DNA of 24,750 bases from an uncultured bacterium. GTDB lineage: Bacteria; CAYUVA01. Where the stretch lies: contig CAYUVA010000014.1 in the NCBI GenBank assembly GCA_964448115.1, positions 62,001-86,750 of the forward strand, given 5' to 3'. The notes beneath the pieces are model-generated. The model made no database searches. It saw only the letters and a list, made by a program, of their open reading frames with translations, and was not told where the DNA came from. A program made the translations under genes and the position numbers. This document shows positions 8,685-17,051 of this stretch, in pieces (position 1 is the stretch's first letter; each line of letters begins with the position of its first letter).

Positions 8685-8791
8685 ATCAACTTGGCGGTTA
8701 GGACACTCTGATCCCAAGCCGTGAGCATGAGCGAGCGGTCAATAAAAGACTTTAGGCTTTTGACTTTAGGAAAGAGTGAAATAAAGAGGAT

Positions 8792-8930
8792 CACGCAAAG
8801 ACGCAAAGAGGAAAGTGCTACCGTGATATCGTGAAGAGAGGATGGTGATGCAAGGTTAACTATTTCCGTGCTGAAACAGTTAACACATCACTCTATCATT
8901 TCCTCTTCGTGCCTTTGTGCCTTTGCGGTT
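8792..8930. repeat. ~140-bp nested inverted-repeat (MITE-like) element with octamer-repeat ends
   Basis: Left arm CACGCAAAG-ACGCAAAG-AGGAAA, right arm TTTCCTCTT-CGTGCCTTT-GTGCCTTT-GCGG. Internal stems GTGATG/CATCAC and GTTAACT(A)TTTC/GAAA(C)AGTTAAC. Confidence 0.55.
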
Positions 8931-9116
8931 AAGAAGCCTCAAGCCTAATAAACCACATATCCACAAATAGGTATTTACTTTTTTTGTAGATTGATGTATT
9001 GGATAAGATTGGCTGTTGCCTTTGGATACTTTGCAAGATTGCTGTCGAAGCTGGTGTTGTTGTTGATAGGTACAAAGGAACGAAAAACCTGTACAATAGG
9101 CATAGGGATCAGATAG

Positions 9117-10403
9117 ATGAACATTAAACTCAAGTACGGTGATGGTTATCGAACACTTAACTTACCGGAGAAAAACATCCTTGCAATTGTAGAAGGCAAG
9201 GATATCCCCCAGGACAGGCCGGTAAGAGACCAGGTGGCTGAAGCGCTCAATAACCCGATAGGCTGCCAACGATTATCCGAGATAGCCAAAAGCAAGAATG
9301 CCAGAAGCGCCGTGATCATCGTAAATGACTTCACGCGAGCCATACCCTACTTCGGTGATGATTATAATATGCTGATCGATCTCGCCAGTGAGTTGGAGGT
9401 TGGCGGCATCCCCAGGGAGGGCATCCGCTTTTTAGTAGCCACCGGCACCCACCGCCCCCATACCGATGCTGAGAACCTGGAGAACTTCGGCAGGGAGGTG
9501 GTGGAGAACTACCAGGTCATCAGCCACAACTGCGACAAGGACAATGTTTATCTCGCAACCATGTCATCCGGGCACGAACTCTGGGTGGATAAAGTTGTGG
9601 TTGAGTCCGATGTGGTTGTCGGCACTGGAATGATCGCCCCGCATTACTACGGCGGGATCAGCGGGGGACGGAAATCTATCCTACCTGGCGTTGTGGGTCG
9701 GGAGACCATCCGTGCCAACCACGCTATGATCATGCGACCTGGAGTAGGGATAGGGGCGCTGGAAGGCAATCCCATTGCCGAGGAGATGATGGAGGCTGCT
9801 CGTAAGGCAGGACTCGACTTTATCCTCAATGTCATCTTCAATAAACGCAAGGAGATAATCCTAGTTGTTGCCGGTGATATGGAGGCTGCCTTTAATGAAG
9901 GGGTAAGATTTTACAGGGAAAACTTCACCACCGAGTTCGATAAGCTCGCCGATGTTGCCATTATGAGCGCCGGCGGATACCCCAAGGATGTCGAGCTTTA
10001 CCAGGTGCAAAAGGCGCTGAACAACACCAAGGAAATGGTCAAACCGGGCGGAACCATTATCTGTATATGCGAAGCCAGAGAGGGAATCGGTTCTGCCAAC
10101 TTCGAGAAATGGCTCTCCTCGGTGAGCGACCCAATCGAACTCGAAGGCACCCCGGAGGAGAAGATCGTCCCCGGCGGCAACACGGCGGTCAATACCGCGG
10201 TGCGAATACTCTCCAAGTACCATGTCATTCTGATCACTGATATCCCCAAGGAGACGGTGGAAAGGATTCACTTTAACTATGCAAGCGACCTTGATGAGGC
10301 GCTGAAGGTGGCATACGACCGACACGGCGAGGACTTCAAGGCTTATGTAATCCCACAGGGAGGGTTCATATTCCCTAGATACATAGGAGAACACAAACCA
10401 TAG
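9117..10403 (+). CDS. larA: LarA-family nickel-pincer-dependent lactate/2-hydroxyacid racemase
   Basis: 428 aa. Motifs IIVNDFTR, LVATGTHR, HNCD, PHYYGGISGGRKSILPG, RANH, GGYPKDVELYQVQKAL, VKPGGTII, YVIPQG. Confidence 0.9.
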   Translation: MNIKLKYGDGYRTLNLPEKNILAIVEGKDIPQDRPVRDQVAEALNNPIGCQRLSEIAKSKNARSAVIIVNDFTRAIPYFGDDYNMLIDLASELEVGGIPREGIRFLVATGTHRPHTDAENLENFGREVVENYQVISHNCDKDNVYLATMSSGHELWVDKVVVESDVVVGTGMIAPHYYGGISGGRKSILPGVVGRETIRANHAMIMRPGVGIGALEGNPIAEEMMEAARKAGLDFILNVIFNKRKEIILVVAGDMEAAFNEGVRFYRENFTTEFDKLADVAIMSAGGYPKDVELYQVQKALNNTKEMVKPGGTIICICEAREGIGSANFEKWLSSVSDPIELEGTPEEKIVPGGNTAVNTAVRILSKYHVILITDIPKETVERIHFNYASDLDEALKVAYDRHGEDFKAYVIPQGGFIFPRYIGEHKP

Positions 10404-10419
10404 ATAAATAGGAGCTGCT

Positions 10420-11514
10420 ATGAGTTACATTGTTAAGCACGATGAGCTTTTTGACTTTTGTACTAAGATATTCATCGCCAAGGGAGTTCCGGAAAAGGAT
10501 GCCAGGACTACGGCAGATAACCTGGTTCAAGCCAACCTGCGCGGCATCGACTCCCACGGCGTTGCTCGGCTGAAAAGGTATGTGGATGGCATAACCGACG
10601 GCTTGATGATGCCTGATATCACCCCGGAGATCGTCCGCGAAAGCCCCTTTTCCGCCAATGTTGACGGCAAGAACGGTCTAGGACAGGTGGCTGGACTTTT
10701 CGGCATGGAAGTCGCTCTTAAGAAAGCAAAGGAAACCGGCATCGGCATGGTTACGGTGCACAACAGCAATCACTACGGGATCGCCGGTTACTATGCGATG
10801 ATGGCGCTCGAATACAACATGGTCGGCATCTCGATGACCAACGCCGCCCCGCTGGTATGCCCTACCTTCGGCAAGGATCTGATGTTCGGCACCAACCCGA
10901 TAGCCGTGGCTGCGCCTACTGACAAGGGCTATCCCTTCGTGCTGGATATGGCGACCAGCGTTGTGCCAAGGGGGAAGCTAGAGGTCTATAATCGCTTGGG
11001 AAAGCCGATCCCCGAAGGCTGGGCAATAGACGAGAACGGCAAGGTTACCACCGATGCAGGCAGGGTTCTGCAGAATATGCTTGCACGCAAAGGCGGAGGC
11101 ATACTCCCCTTGGGTGGAGCCGGCGAGCTGTTCAGCGGTTATAAGGGTTATGGCTTGGCGCTGTGGGTCGATATATTCTGCGGTCCGCTAGCCGGCGCTG
11201 CCTGGGGTACACATGTCTATGCCAAGAAGGATGGCAAGCCTCTTCCACCAAACATCGGACATTTCTTCATGGCTTTCAAGGTGGAGAACTTCGTAGATCC
11301 CGCTGAGTTCAAGCGCAACCTGACCCAGCAGCTACAGGAACTCAGGGATGGAAGCAAAGCCGAGGGCGAAAAGCGGATCTACATCCACGGCGAGAAGGAA
11401 TTCGAGATGACCGAGAAAAGAAGAAAAGAGGGATTTGACCTTGGCGAGAAGGTCTATTCAGCGCTTAAAGGCATCGCCGAGGAGACGGGAGTCGAGTTTC
11501 CCTGGAACTACTAG
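10420..11514 (+). CDS. Ldh_2-family NAD(P)-dependent malate/L-lactate/L-2-hydroxyacid dehydrogenase
   Basis: 364 aa. Motifs ANLRGIDSHGVARL, NSNHYGIAGYY, GTNPIAVAAP, VLDMATSVVPRGK, IPEGWAID, GYKGYGL, RIYIHGEKE. Confidence 0.92.
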   Translation: MSYIVKHDELFDFCTKIFIAKGVPEKDARTTADNLVQANLRGIDSHGVARLKRYVDGITDGLMMPDITPEIVRESPFSANVDGKNGLGQVAGLFGMEVALKKAKETGIGMVTVHNSNHYGIAGYYAMMALEYNMVGISMTNAAPLVCPTFGKDLMFGTNPIAVAAPTDKGYPFVLDMATSVVPRGKLEVYNRLGKPIPEGWAIDENGKVTTDAGRVLQNMLARKGGGILPLGGAGELFSGYKGYGLALWVDIFCGPLAGAAWGTHVYAKKDGKPLPPNIGHFFMAFKVENFVDPAEFKRNLTQQLQELRDGSKAEGEKRIYIHGEKEFEMTEKRRKEGFDLGEKVYSALKGIAEETGVEFPWNY

Positions 11515-11572
11515 GGCTGTTTAGCAGTGCTATCTAATACCCTCTCGACATAGCATAAGTCATTACCAGAAG

Positions 11573-11614
11573 GAGCGACCTTCCGTGTGCGAATTAGCAC
11601 CCGGAAGGGTGCTC
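11573..11614 (+). other. GC-rich intergenic stem-loop between the dehydrogenase gene and hdrC
   Basis: GAGC-GA-CCTTCCG-T-GTGC-GAATTA-GCAC-C-CGGAAGG-GT-GCTC. No clear U-tract. Confidence 0.55.
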
Positions 11615-11671
11615 TTACAAAACTAGGAATAAAAAGAAAACAGCTAATAGTTGTAGATTTATGGATGAAAT

Positions 11672-12283
11672 ATGAATAACAACGACAAAAGGATATACCG
11701 GCGAGTCGAAGACGAGAACTTCGCTGCCGAGGTCGCCAAGCGCCCCTTAGGTGCTGCCATCAAGAAGTGCCTCCAGTGCGGCACCTGCTCGGCGACTTGC
11801 ATGGTGCACAGGGTCAATCCCAACTACAATCCACGGCAGTTGATCGCTCAGACCGTGCTGGGATTGCGCTCGCTAGTGCTGCACTCGCCGATGATCTGGA
11901 TCTGCGCCCGCTGTAACTACTGCACTGCCCGATGCCCCAAGGATGTGCGCCCCGGCGAGATAATAACCGCCATCAGGGAGATTGCTATCGAGGAAGGCAT
12001 CGTAAACAATAAGGGAGTTCGACATAGCAAGGCTTTCAAGGAGGATATACTCGCCACCGGCAAGCTGAACGAGGCTTTCTTGCCCTTAAAGACGCTTCAC
12101 CAGGGGATAATTGGCGAGCTGCCCTATCTTCCCAGCCTATTCAAACATAAGAAACTCCCCAAGCCGCTCCCCAACTTCCTGCTCCCTAAAATTGAGGGGA
12201 TCGATGATCTGCGCCGGATGGCTGACAAGGCTAGGGAAATCGCACAGCGTCAGAAGGCTCATGGAACCAGTAAACACGGCTAG
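11672..12283 (+). CDS. hdrC: Heterodisulfide reductase subunit C-like protein (2x[4Fe-4S])
   Basis: CLQCGTCSATC and IWICARCNYCTARCPKDV, YNPRQLI, GKLNE. Upstream of hdrB. Confidence 0.87.
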   Translation: MNNNDKRIYRRVEDENFAAEVAKRPLGAAIKKCLQCGTCSATCMVHRVNPNYNPRQLIAQTVLGLRSLVLHSPMIWICARCNYCTARCPKDVRPGEIITAIREIAIEEGIVNNKGVRHSKAFKEDILATGKLNEAFLPLKTLHQGIIGELPYLPSLFKHKKLPKPLPNFLLPKIEGIDDLRRMADKAREIAQRQKAHGTSKHG

Positions 12284-12303
12284 CTCGACAAAGCAAGGAG
12301 AGA

Positions 12304-13188
12304 ATGATGACCATAAGATATGCCTATTATCCGGGATGCGCTGCCGAATCGACCGCTAAGGAAGCTGACCTCGCCACCAGGGCGCTTTGCAGGAGGCTTG
12401 GCATCAGCCTTGTTGACTTCGATCAGTTCAGTTGCTGCGGTGCTGGCATTGTCGATGAGGAAGATCCGCTGTTCGCCGAGGCTATAAACGCCCGCAACCT
12501 GGCAATCGCCGAGAAACAGGGGCTGGATATCCTCACCCTGTGCAATACCTGCCTGTTGACCATGAGCACCTATCTTCGGCGCTGGGGGGCTGATCAAAAG
12601 GCGCTTGAGCAGGTGAACGAGGTTCTCTCCGTTACCGGCTTGGAGTACAAGATGACCAATAAGGTAAAGCACCTGCTTTGGGTCATCGAGGATGATCTCG
12701 GCTTGGAGAGGCTCGCCTCGATGGTCAAAAGACCGCTTCGTGGTCTGCGGGTGGCACCGTTCTATGGCTGCCATATCCTGCGCCCGCCAGAGATTGTCAA
12801 CAGACAAGGTCAGGATAGCGATGACCCGCGCAGCCTGGAGAAGATCATCGAGATACTCGGAGCAGAGCCAGTCGATTATCCATCGCGGCTCGATTGCTGT
12901 GGATTCCATATACTGTTAGCCGATGCGGACACATCGCTCAAGATGAACGCCCGCTGTCTTGCCGATGCAACCGAGGAGCAGGCGGACTGCATGGCAACGC
13001 CATGTACCTTATGCCATATAAGCCTTGATATGTATCAAAAGAGGGCTGGGCGAAAGGCGGGGATGAGCTTCGATATGCCGGTGCTTCATCTTTCTCAGCT
13101 CATTGGGATGGCGCTGGGTATGAGCAGCGAAAGCCTGCAACTGGATCGAAACATCATCTCACCACAGAAGATATTGCAAAGATGTTAA
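12304..13188 (+). CDS. hdrB: Heterodisulfide reductase subunit B-like protein (two CCG domains)
   Basis: YAYYPGC, SCCGAG, INARNLAIAE, TLCNTC, VKRPLRGLRVAPFYGCH, DCCG, TPCTLCHISLD, PVLHLSQLIGMALG. Confidence 0.92.
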   Translation: MMTIRYAYYPGCAAESTAKEADLATRALCRRLGISLVDFDQFSCCGAGIVDEEDPLFAEAINARNLAIAEKQGLDILTLCNTCLLTMSTYLRRWGADQKALEQVNEVLSVTGLEYKMTNKVKHLLWVIEDDLGLERLASMVKRPLRGLRVAPFYGCHILRPPEIVNRQGQDSDDPRSLEKIIEILGAEPVDYPSRLDCCGFHILLADADTSLKMNARCLADATEEQADCMATPCTLCHISLDMYQKRAGRKAGMSFDMPVLHLSQLIGMALGMSSESLQLDRNIISPQKILQRC

Positions 13189-13215
13189 GTAGTTTTATGG
13201 ATAAGGTGAATAGAT

Positions 13216-16200
13216 ATGAGAGATAGAGCTAAAAACCAACGAATCGGCGTCTTTTTGTGCCGCTGCGGAGGGAACATCTCCAACACGGTCGATATAGATG
13301 AACTCAAGGCTTTCGCGCTCAAGCAGCCGGGCGTGGTCTTCTCCGAGTACCAGTCCTTCACCTGCTCCACCGAGGGACAGGGGCTTATCCAGGACAAGGT
13401 CAAGGAGGAGAACCTGGATGCCGTGATCATCGGCTGCTGTACGCCCAAGCAGTACGAGGATCTATATCGAGAGGCGCTTTCACATACCCCTTTGAACCCT
13501 TACAAGCTGGAGATGGTTAACATTCGCGAGCAGGTCTCCTATCCGCACCATCACGAGCCTCAAAAGGCTACAGCCAAGGCTAAGAAACTGCTTATCGGCG
13601 CTATCAACAAGGTGAAGCTGCTCGAACCCCTGGAGGTGAAAAAAGCTAAGGTTAATCGAGATATCGCCGTGATCGGTGGCGGAGTGGCAGGGATCAACGC
13701 CTCGCTGACCTTATCCAAGCTCGGCTTCAAGGTTTATCTCATCGAGAAACAGGTAACCATCGGCGGCGCCATGGCAAAGCTGGTCAAGACCTTCCCTACC
13801 GATGACTGCGCCATGTGTACGCTATCCCCTAAGCTCGACGAGGTGGGCAAGGATAATAACATCACCCTGATGACCTACTCCGAGGTGAGCGAGGTGGAGC
13901 GCATCCCTGAAGGTTATCGCCTTCGCATCCTGCGCCATCCGCGCTATCTTGACGAGGAAATATGCACCGGCTGCGGTAAGTGCAATGAGGTCTGCCCGGT
14001 CGAGGTTCCCAATCCTTATGACATGGGCTTGCACTCCACGAGGCGCGCTGCCTACAAGCCATTCCCCTCGGCTATACCTATAGCCTACTGCATAGAGCGC
14101 AATGGCATACCCCCCTGTCGAGCCGAGTGCGCCATAGACCAGGCTGCACAAGGCTACATAGCACTGGTCGCCAAGGGTAAATTCTATGAGGCTATGCGCG
14201 TGATACGGCGTGATAATGCTCTACCCACCGTCTGCGGTAGGGTATGCATGCACCCCTGCGAGGACGCCTGCACCCGCTGCAATATCGATGAGCCTATCGC
14301 CATCGCAGCCATCAAGCGCTTCGTTACCGATTACTATATTGAGAACCCGCCATCCGAGCCTCTGCTCCCCAAGATAAAAAAACGCAAGGAGAAGGTTGCC
14401 ATCATCGGCTCCGGTCCCGCCGGGCTGGCTGCTGCGCACGAGCTTGCCATGCACGGCGTGCAGGTTACCGTTTATGAGGCGAAATCGGAGCTGGGCGGGA
14501 TGCTCGCTCTAGGCATTCCCAGTTATCGTCTGCCCAAGAAATACCTCGATTATGATATCGATTACATAAGATCGCTCGGTGTAAAGTTCGTAACCAACAC
14601 CCGCATCGGCAAGGATCTGAGCCTCGCTGATCTGCGCAAGAAGCATGATGCGGTGCTCATCGCAGCCGGCTTGTCGCGCAGCTTCAGCATAAAGATCCCA
14701 GGCGTCGATCTGCCTGAGGTGATTCTCGGCGGGGATATGCTCGAACAGGTTCGCTTGGGTACCCCCCCCAAGCTTGGTAAGAGGCTGGTTGTTGTCGGCG
14801 GAGGCAATGTCGCCGTGGATGTTGCTCGAACCGCCAGGCGCCTCGGTGTCGAGGATATAACCATGATCTGCCTGGAGACCAGGGAGACCATGCCGGCTAT
14901 CGAGAAGGAGATCGAGGAGGCTGAAAAAGAGGGTATCAAGATTCGCCCCGCCATATCCCCAAAAGCCTTCAAGGAAGAAAACGGCAAGCTCACCGGGGTT
15001 GAGACCATCGAGGTGGAGCGCATCGACTTCTGGGAGGACGGTAGGCTGAAGCCGATCTTCAGGGAGAACACAGAGGACTTCATCCCCGCGGATAATATAG
15101 TCATGGCTATCGGGCAGGTTACCGATCTCGACTTTTTAACCAATCACTACAAGGTTAGCAATCGCAGGTTGATCGAGATAGATGATGAGTGCGCCACCAG
15201 CGTTAATAATGTCTTCGCGGCTGGCGATGTCGCTATCGGCGCCAGCACGGTTACCAAGGCTATGGGCTCCGGCAAGAAGGCTGCCCTGAATATCCTGAAA
15301 AGCCTTAACATCGAGCCTCGATACGATCCCATCTGGGTCTTCAAGGAGATGAAACGTTATATCAGCGCTGAGGAGGTCATCGAGGCGCGCAAGGGATACT
15401 ATGAGAAGACTAAACGACAGCAGATGCCCGAGCTTGAGCCGGATAAACGGGATGGCTTTGCCGAGGTGGAGCTTGGTTTCACTTCCGAGCAGGCGATGGC
15501 AGAGGCGCAACGCTGCCTTAACTGCGGGGGCTGCTCCGACTGTCGAGAGTGCATCGAGGTCTGCGAGAAGGAGTGCATCCACTTTGACCAGGTCGAACAG
15601 TATGTCGATATCGAGGTCGGCGGGGTGATACTCGCCACCGGCTGGAAGGAATACGATCCCAGCAAGCTGCACTATGGCTACAAGAAGTATCCCAATGTCA
15701 TAACCCAGATGCAACTGGCAAGGATGCTCGACCCGCTAGGACCAACCGGCGGCAAGGTAGTGCGCCCCAGCGACGGCAAGGAAGCTAAGCGTATCGTGAT
15801 GGTGCAGTGCGTAGGCTCTCGCAGCGCGGAGACAGGACATAAGGACGGGCATAGCTATTGCAGCCGGGTCTGCTGTATGGTCGCGCTTAAGCACGCTAAC
15901 CTGATCAAGCGCTACTTCACGCCCGATGCACAGATCTATATCTGTTACATCGATATCCGCGCTTATGGCAAGGGCTACGAGGAATACTACGAGCGCGCCA
16001 AGCAGGACGGAGTCAAGTTCATCCGCGGGCTGCCCGGCGAGGTCAGGGAACGCAAGCGGGACAATAACCTGCTGGTCTATGTTGATGATAGCAACACTAA
16101 CCAATTGCTGGAGCTTGATGCGGATCTGCTGGTGCTCTCCGCTGCCACCGAGCCGACCGCCCAGGAAGTGGCTGCCAAGTTTACCGTCTCGCGGGACGAG

Positions 16201-16629
16201 TCCGACTTCATCAAGGAGTTCCATGTCAAGATCCGCCCCACCGATACCAGCATCAAGAATGTCTTCGTAGCCGGCGCCGCCCAGGGACCAAAGGATATCC
16301 CGGATAGCATCGCCCAGGCGGGGAGCGCGGCTGCCTCCGCTGCTGGATATCTGGGGAGTGGATATATCACGCTAAATCCGCAGATATCCTATGTTGACTC
16401 CGAGCTGTGCCGTGCCTGCGGTCGCTGCGAGGAGACCTGCGAGTTCAAGGCTATTAAGGTGAATGAAGATAAACTATGCGCCGAGGTTGCCGAGACCCTC
16501 TGCGAAGGGTGCGGCAAGTGCACGGTGGTCTGCCCCACCGGCGCAGTCTCTGTGCACTCGTTCGATAATCAGCAAATAATGGCGCTGATCGAGGGATTGC
16601 TTGAAGAACCGGAAATGGAGAAGGTATAA
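13216..16629 (+). CDS. hdrA: Large HdrA-family flavoprotein with an inserted GltD-like NAD(P)H oxidoreductase domain (HdrL-type)
   Basis: HdrA N-terminus (GVFLCRCGGNI, VIGGGVAG, KTFPTDDCAMC, CTGCGKCNEVCP). GltD-like insert (PPCRAEC, VCGRVCMHPCEDAC, IIGSGPAG, VGGGNVAVDVAR, FAAGD, EAQRCLNC). HdrA resumes (ILATG, GPTGG, QCVGSR, YCSRVCCM, DIRAYGKGYEEYY, GPKDIPDS) and ends in a 2x[4Fe-4S] ferredoxin. Confidence 0.9.
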   Translation: MRDRAKNQRIGVFLCRCGGNISNTVDIDELKAFALKQPGVVFSEYQSFTCSTEGQGLIQDKVKEENLDAVIIGCCTPKQYEDLYREALSHTPLNPYKLEMVNIREQVSYPHHHEPQKATAKAKKLLIGAINKVKLLEPLEVKKAKVNRDIAVIGGGVAGINASLTLSKLGFKVYLIEKQVTIGGAMAKLVKTFPTDDCAMCTLSPKLDEVGKDNNITLMTYSEVSEVERIPEGYRLRILRHPRYLDEEICTGCGKCNEVCPVEVPNPYDMGLHSTRRAAYKPFPSAIPIAYCIERNGIPPCRAECAIDQAAQGYIALVAKGKFYEAMRVIRRDNALPTVCGRVCMHPCEDACTRCNIDEPIAIAAIKRFVTDYYIENPPSEPLLPKIKKRKEKVAIIGSGPAGLAAAHELAMHGVQVTVYEAKSELGGMLALGIPSYRLPKKYLDYDIDYIRSLGVKFVTNTRIGKDLSLADLRKKHDAVLIAAGLSRSFSIKIPGVDLPEVILGGDMLEQVRLGTPPKLGKRLVVVGGGNVAVDVARTARRLGVEDITMICLETRETMPAIEKEIEEAEKEGIKIRPAISPKAFKEENGKLTGVETIEVERIDFWEDGRLKPIFRENTEDFIPADNIVMAIGQVTDLDFLTNHYKVSNRRLIEIDDECATSVNNVFAAGDVAIGASTVTKAMGSGKKAALNILKSLNIEPRYDPIWVFKEMKRYISAEEVIEARKGYYEKTKRQQMPELEPDKRDGFAEVELGFTSEQAMAEAQRCLNCGGCSDCRECIEVCEKECIHFDQVEQYVDIEVGGVILATGWKEYDPSKLHYGYKKYPNVITQMQLARMLDPLGPTGGKVVRPSDGKEAKRIVMVQCVGSRSAETGHKDGHSYCSRVCCMVALKHANLIKRYFTPDAQIYICYIDIRAYGKGYEEYYERAKQDGVKFIRGLPGEVRERKRDNNLLVYVDDSNTNQLLELDADLLVLSAATEPTAQEVAAKFTVSRDESDFIKEFHVKIRPTDTSIKNVFVAGAAQGPKDIPDSIAQAGSAAASAAGYLGSGYITLNPQISYVDSELCRACGRCEETCEFKAIKVNEDKLCAEVAETLCEGCGKCTVVCPTGAVSVHSFDNQQIMALIEGLLEEPEMEKV

Positions 16630-16631
16630 AA

Positions 16632-17051
16632 GTGGAATTCGAGCCTGATATACTGAGTATTAACTGTAACTGGTGCGGGTATGCCGGCGCAGATAGCGCC
16701 GGGGCTATGAAGCTTGAATACCCGACCAGCATCAGGATCGCCAGGGTCATGTGTATGGGCAGGGTGGATCCGCTGCTGGTGCTGCACGCATTCGAGAAGG
16801 GCTATGACGGGGTGATGATGATCGGCTGCCATATCGGAGATTGCCACTATATCTCTGGCAATATCCAAGCCGAGAAGGAAGTGGAAAAGCTGAAAAAATT
16901 GCTCCATATCATCGGCATCGGCTCCGATAGGCTGCTGCTTAACCCGGTCTCGGCTGGCGAGGGACCTGTTTATGCCAGGGTCGCAAACGAGTTCTACAAG
17001 AAGATACAGGAGCTAGGACCTAACCCCTTGAAAGCGAAAGCGAAGGCATAA
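16632..17051 (+). CDS. mvhD: MvhD/FlpD [2Fe-2S] protein (methylviologen-reducing hydrogenase delta subunit family)
   Basis: GTG start. Motifs FEPDIL, CNWCGYAGAD, RVMCMGRVDP, GYDGVMMIGCHIGDCHY..GN, VSAGEG, ELGPNP. Confidence 0.93.
   Translation: MEFEPDILSINCNWCGYAGADSAGAMKLEYPTSIRIARVMCMGRVDPLLVLHAFEKGYDGVMMIGCHIGDCHYISGNIQAEKEVEKLKKLLHIIGIGSDRLLLNPVSAGEGPVYARVANEFYKKIQELGPNPLKAKAKA

Noticed and set aside
8516-8806. Short ORFs 8516-8701 (+) and 8606-8806 (-) in the intergenic region
   Set aside because: They run through palindromic repeat remnants, lack convincing RBSs and give no recognisable protein.
8436-8930. CRISPR array, tRNA or known riboswitch
   Set aside because: No regularly spaced identical repeats, no cloverleaf, and no riboswitch consensus I can recognise. 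An Rfam scan would be needed to exclude a rare family.
12280-12909. 209-aa minus-strand ORF, and the many other 60-190 aa antisense or alternate-frame ORFs across the pil, lar and hdr genes
   Set aside because: They overlap well-supported + strand genes and have no family motifs.
13216-17051. Selenocysteine recoding in hdrA or mvhD
   Set aside because: The usual Sec positions (DCAMC, CNWC, GCHIGDCHY) are ordinary Cys and both ORFs are uninterrupted.
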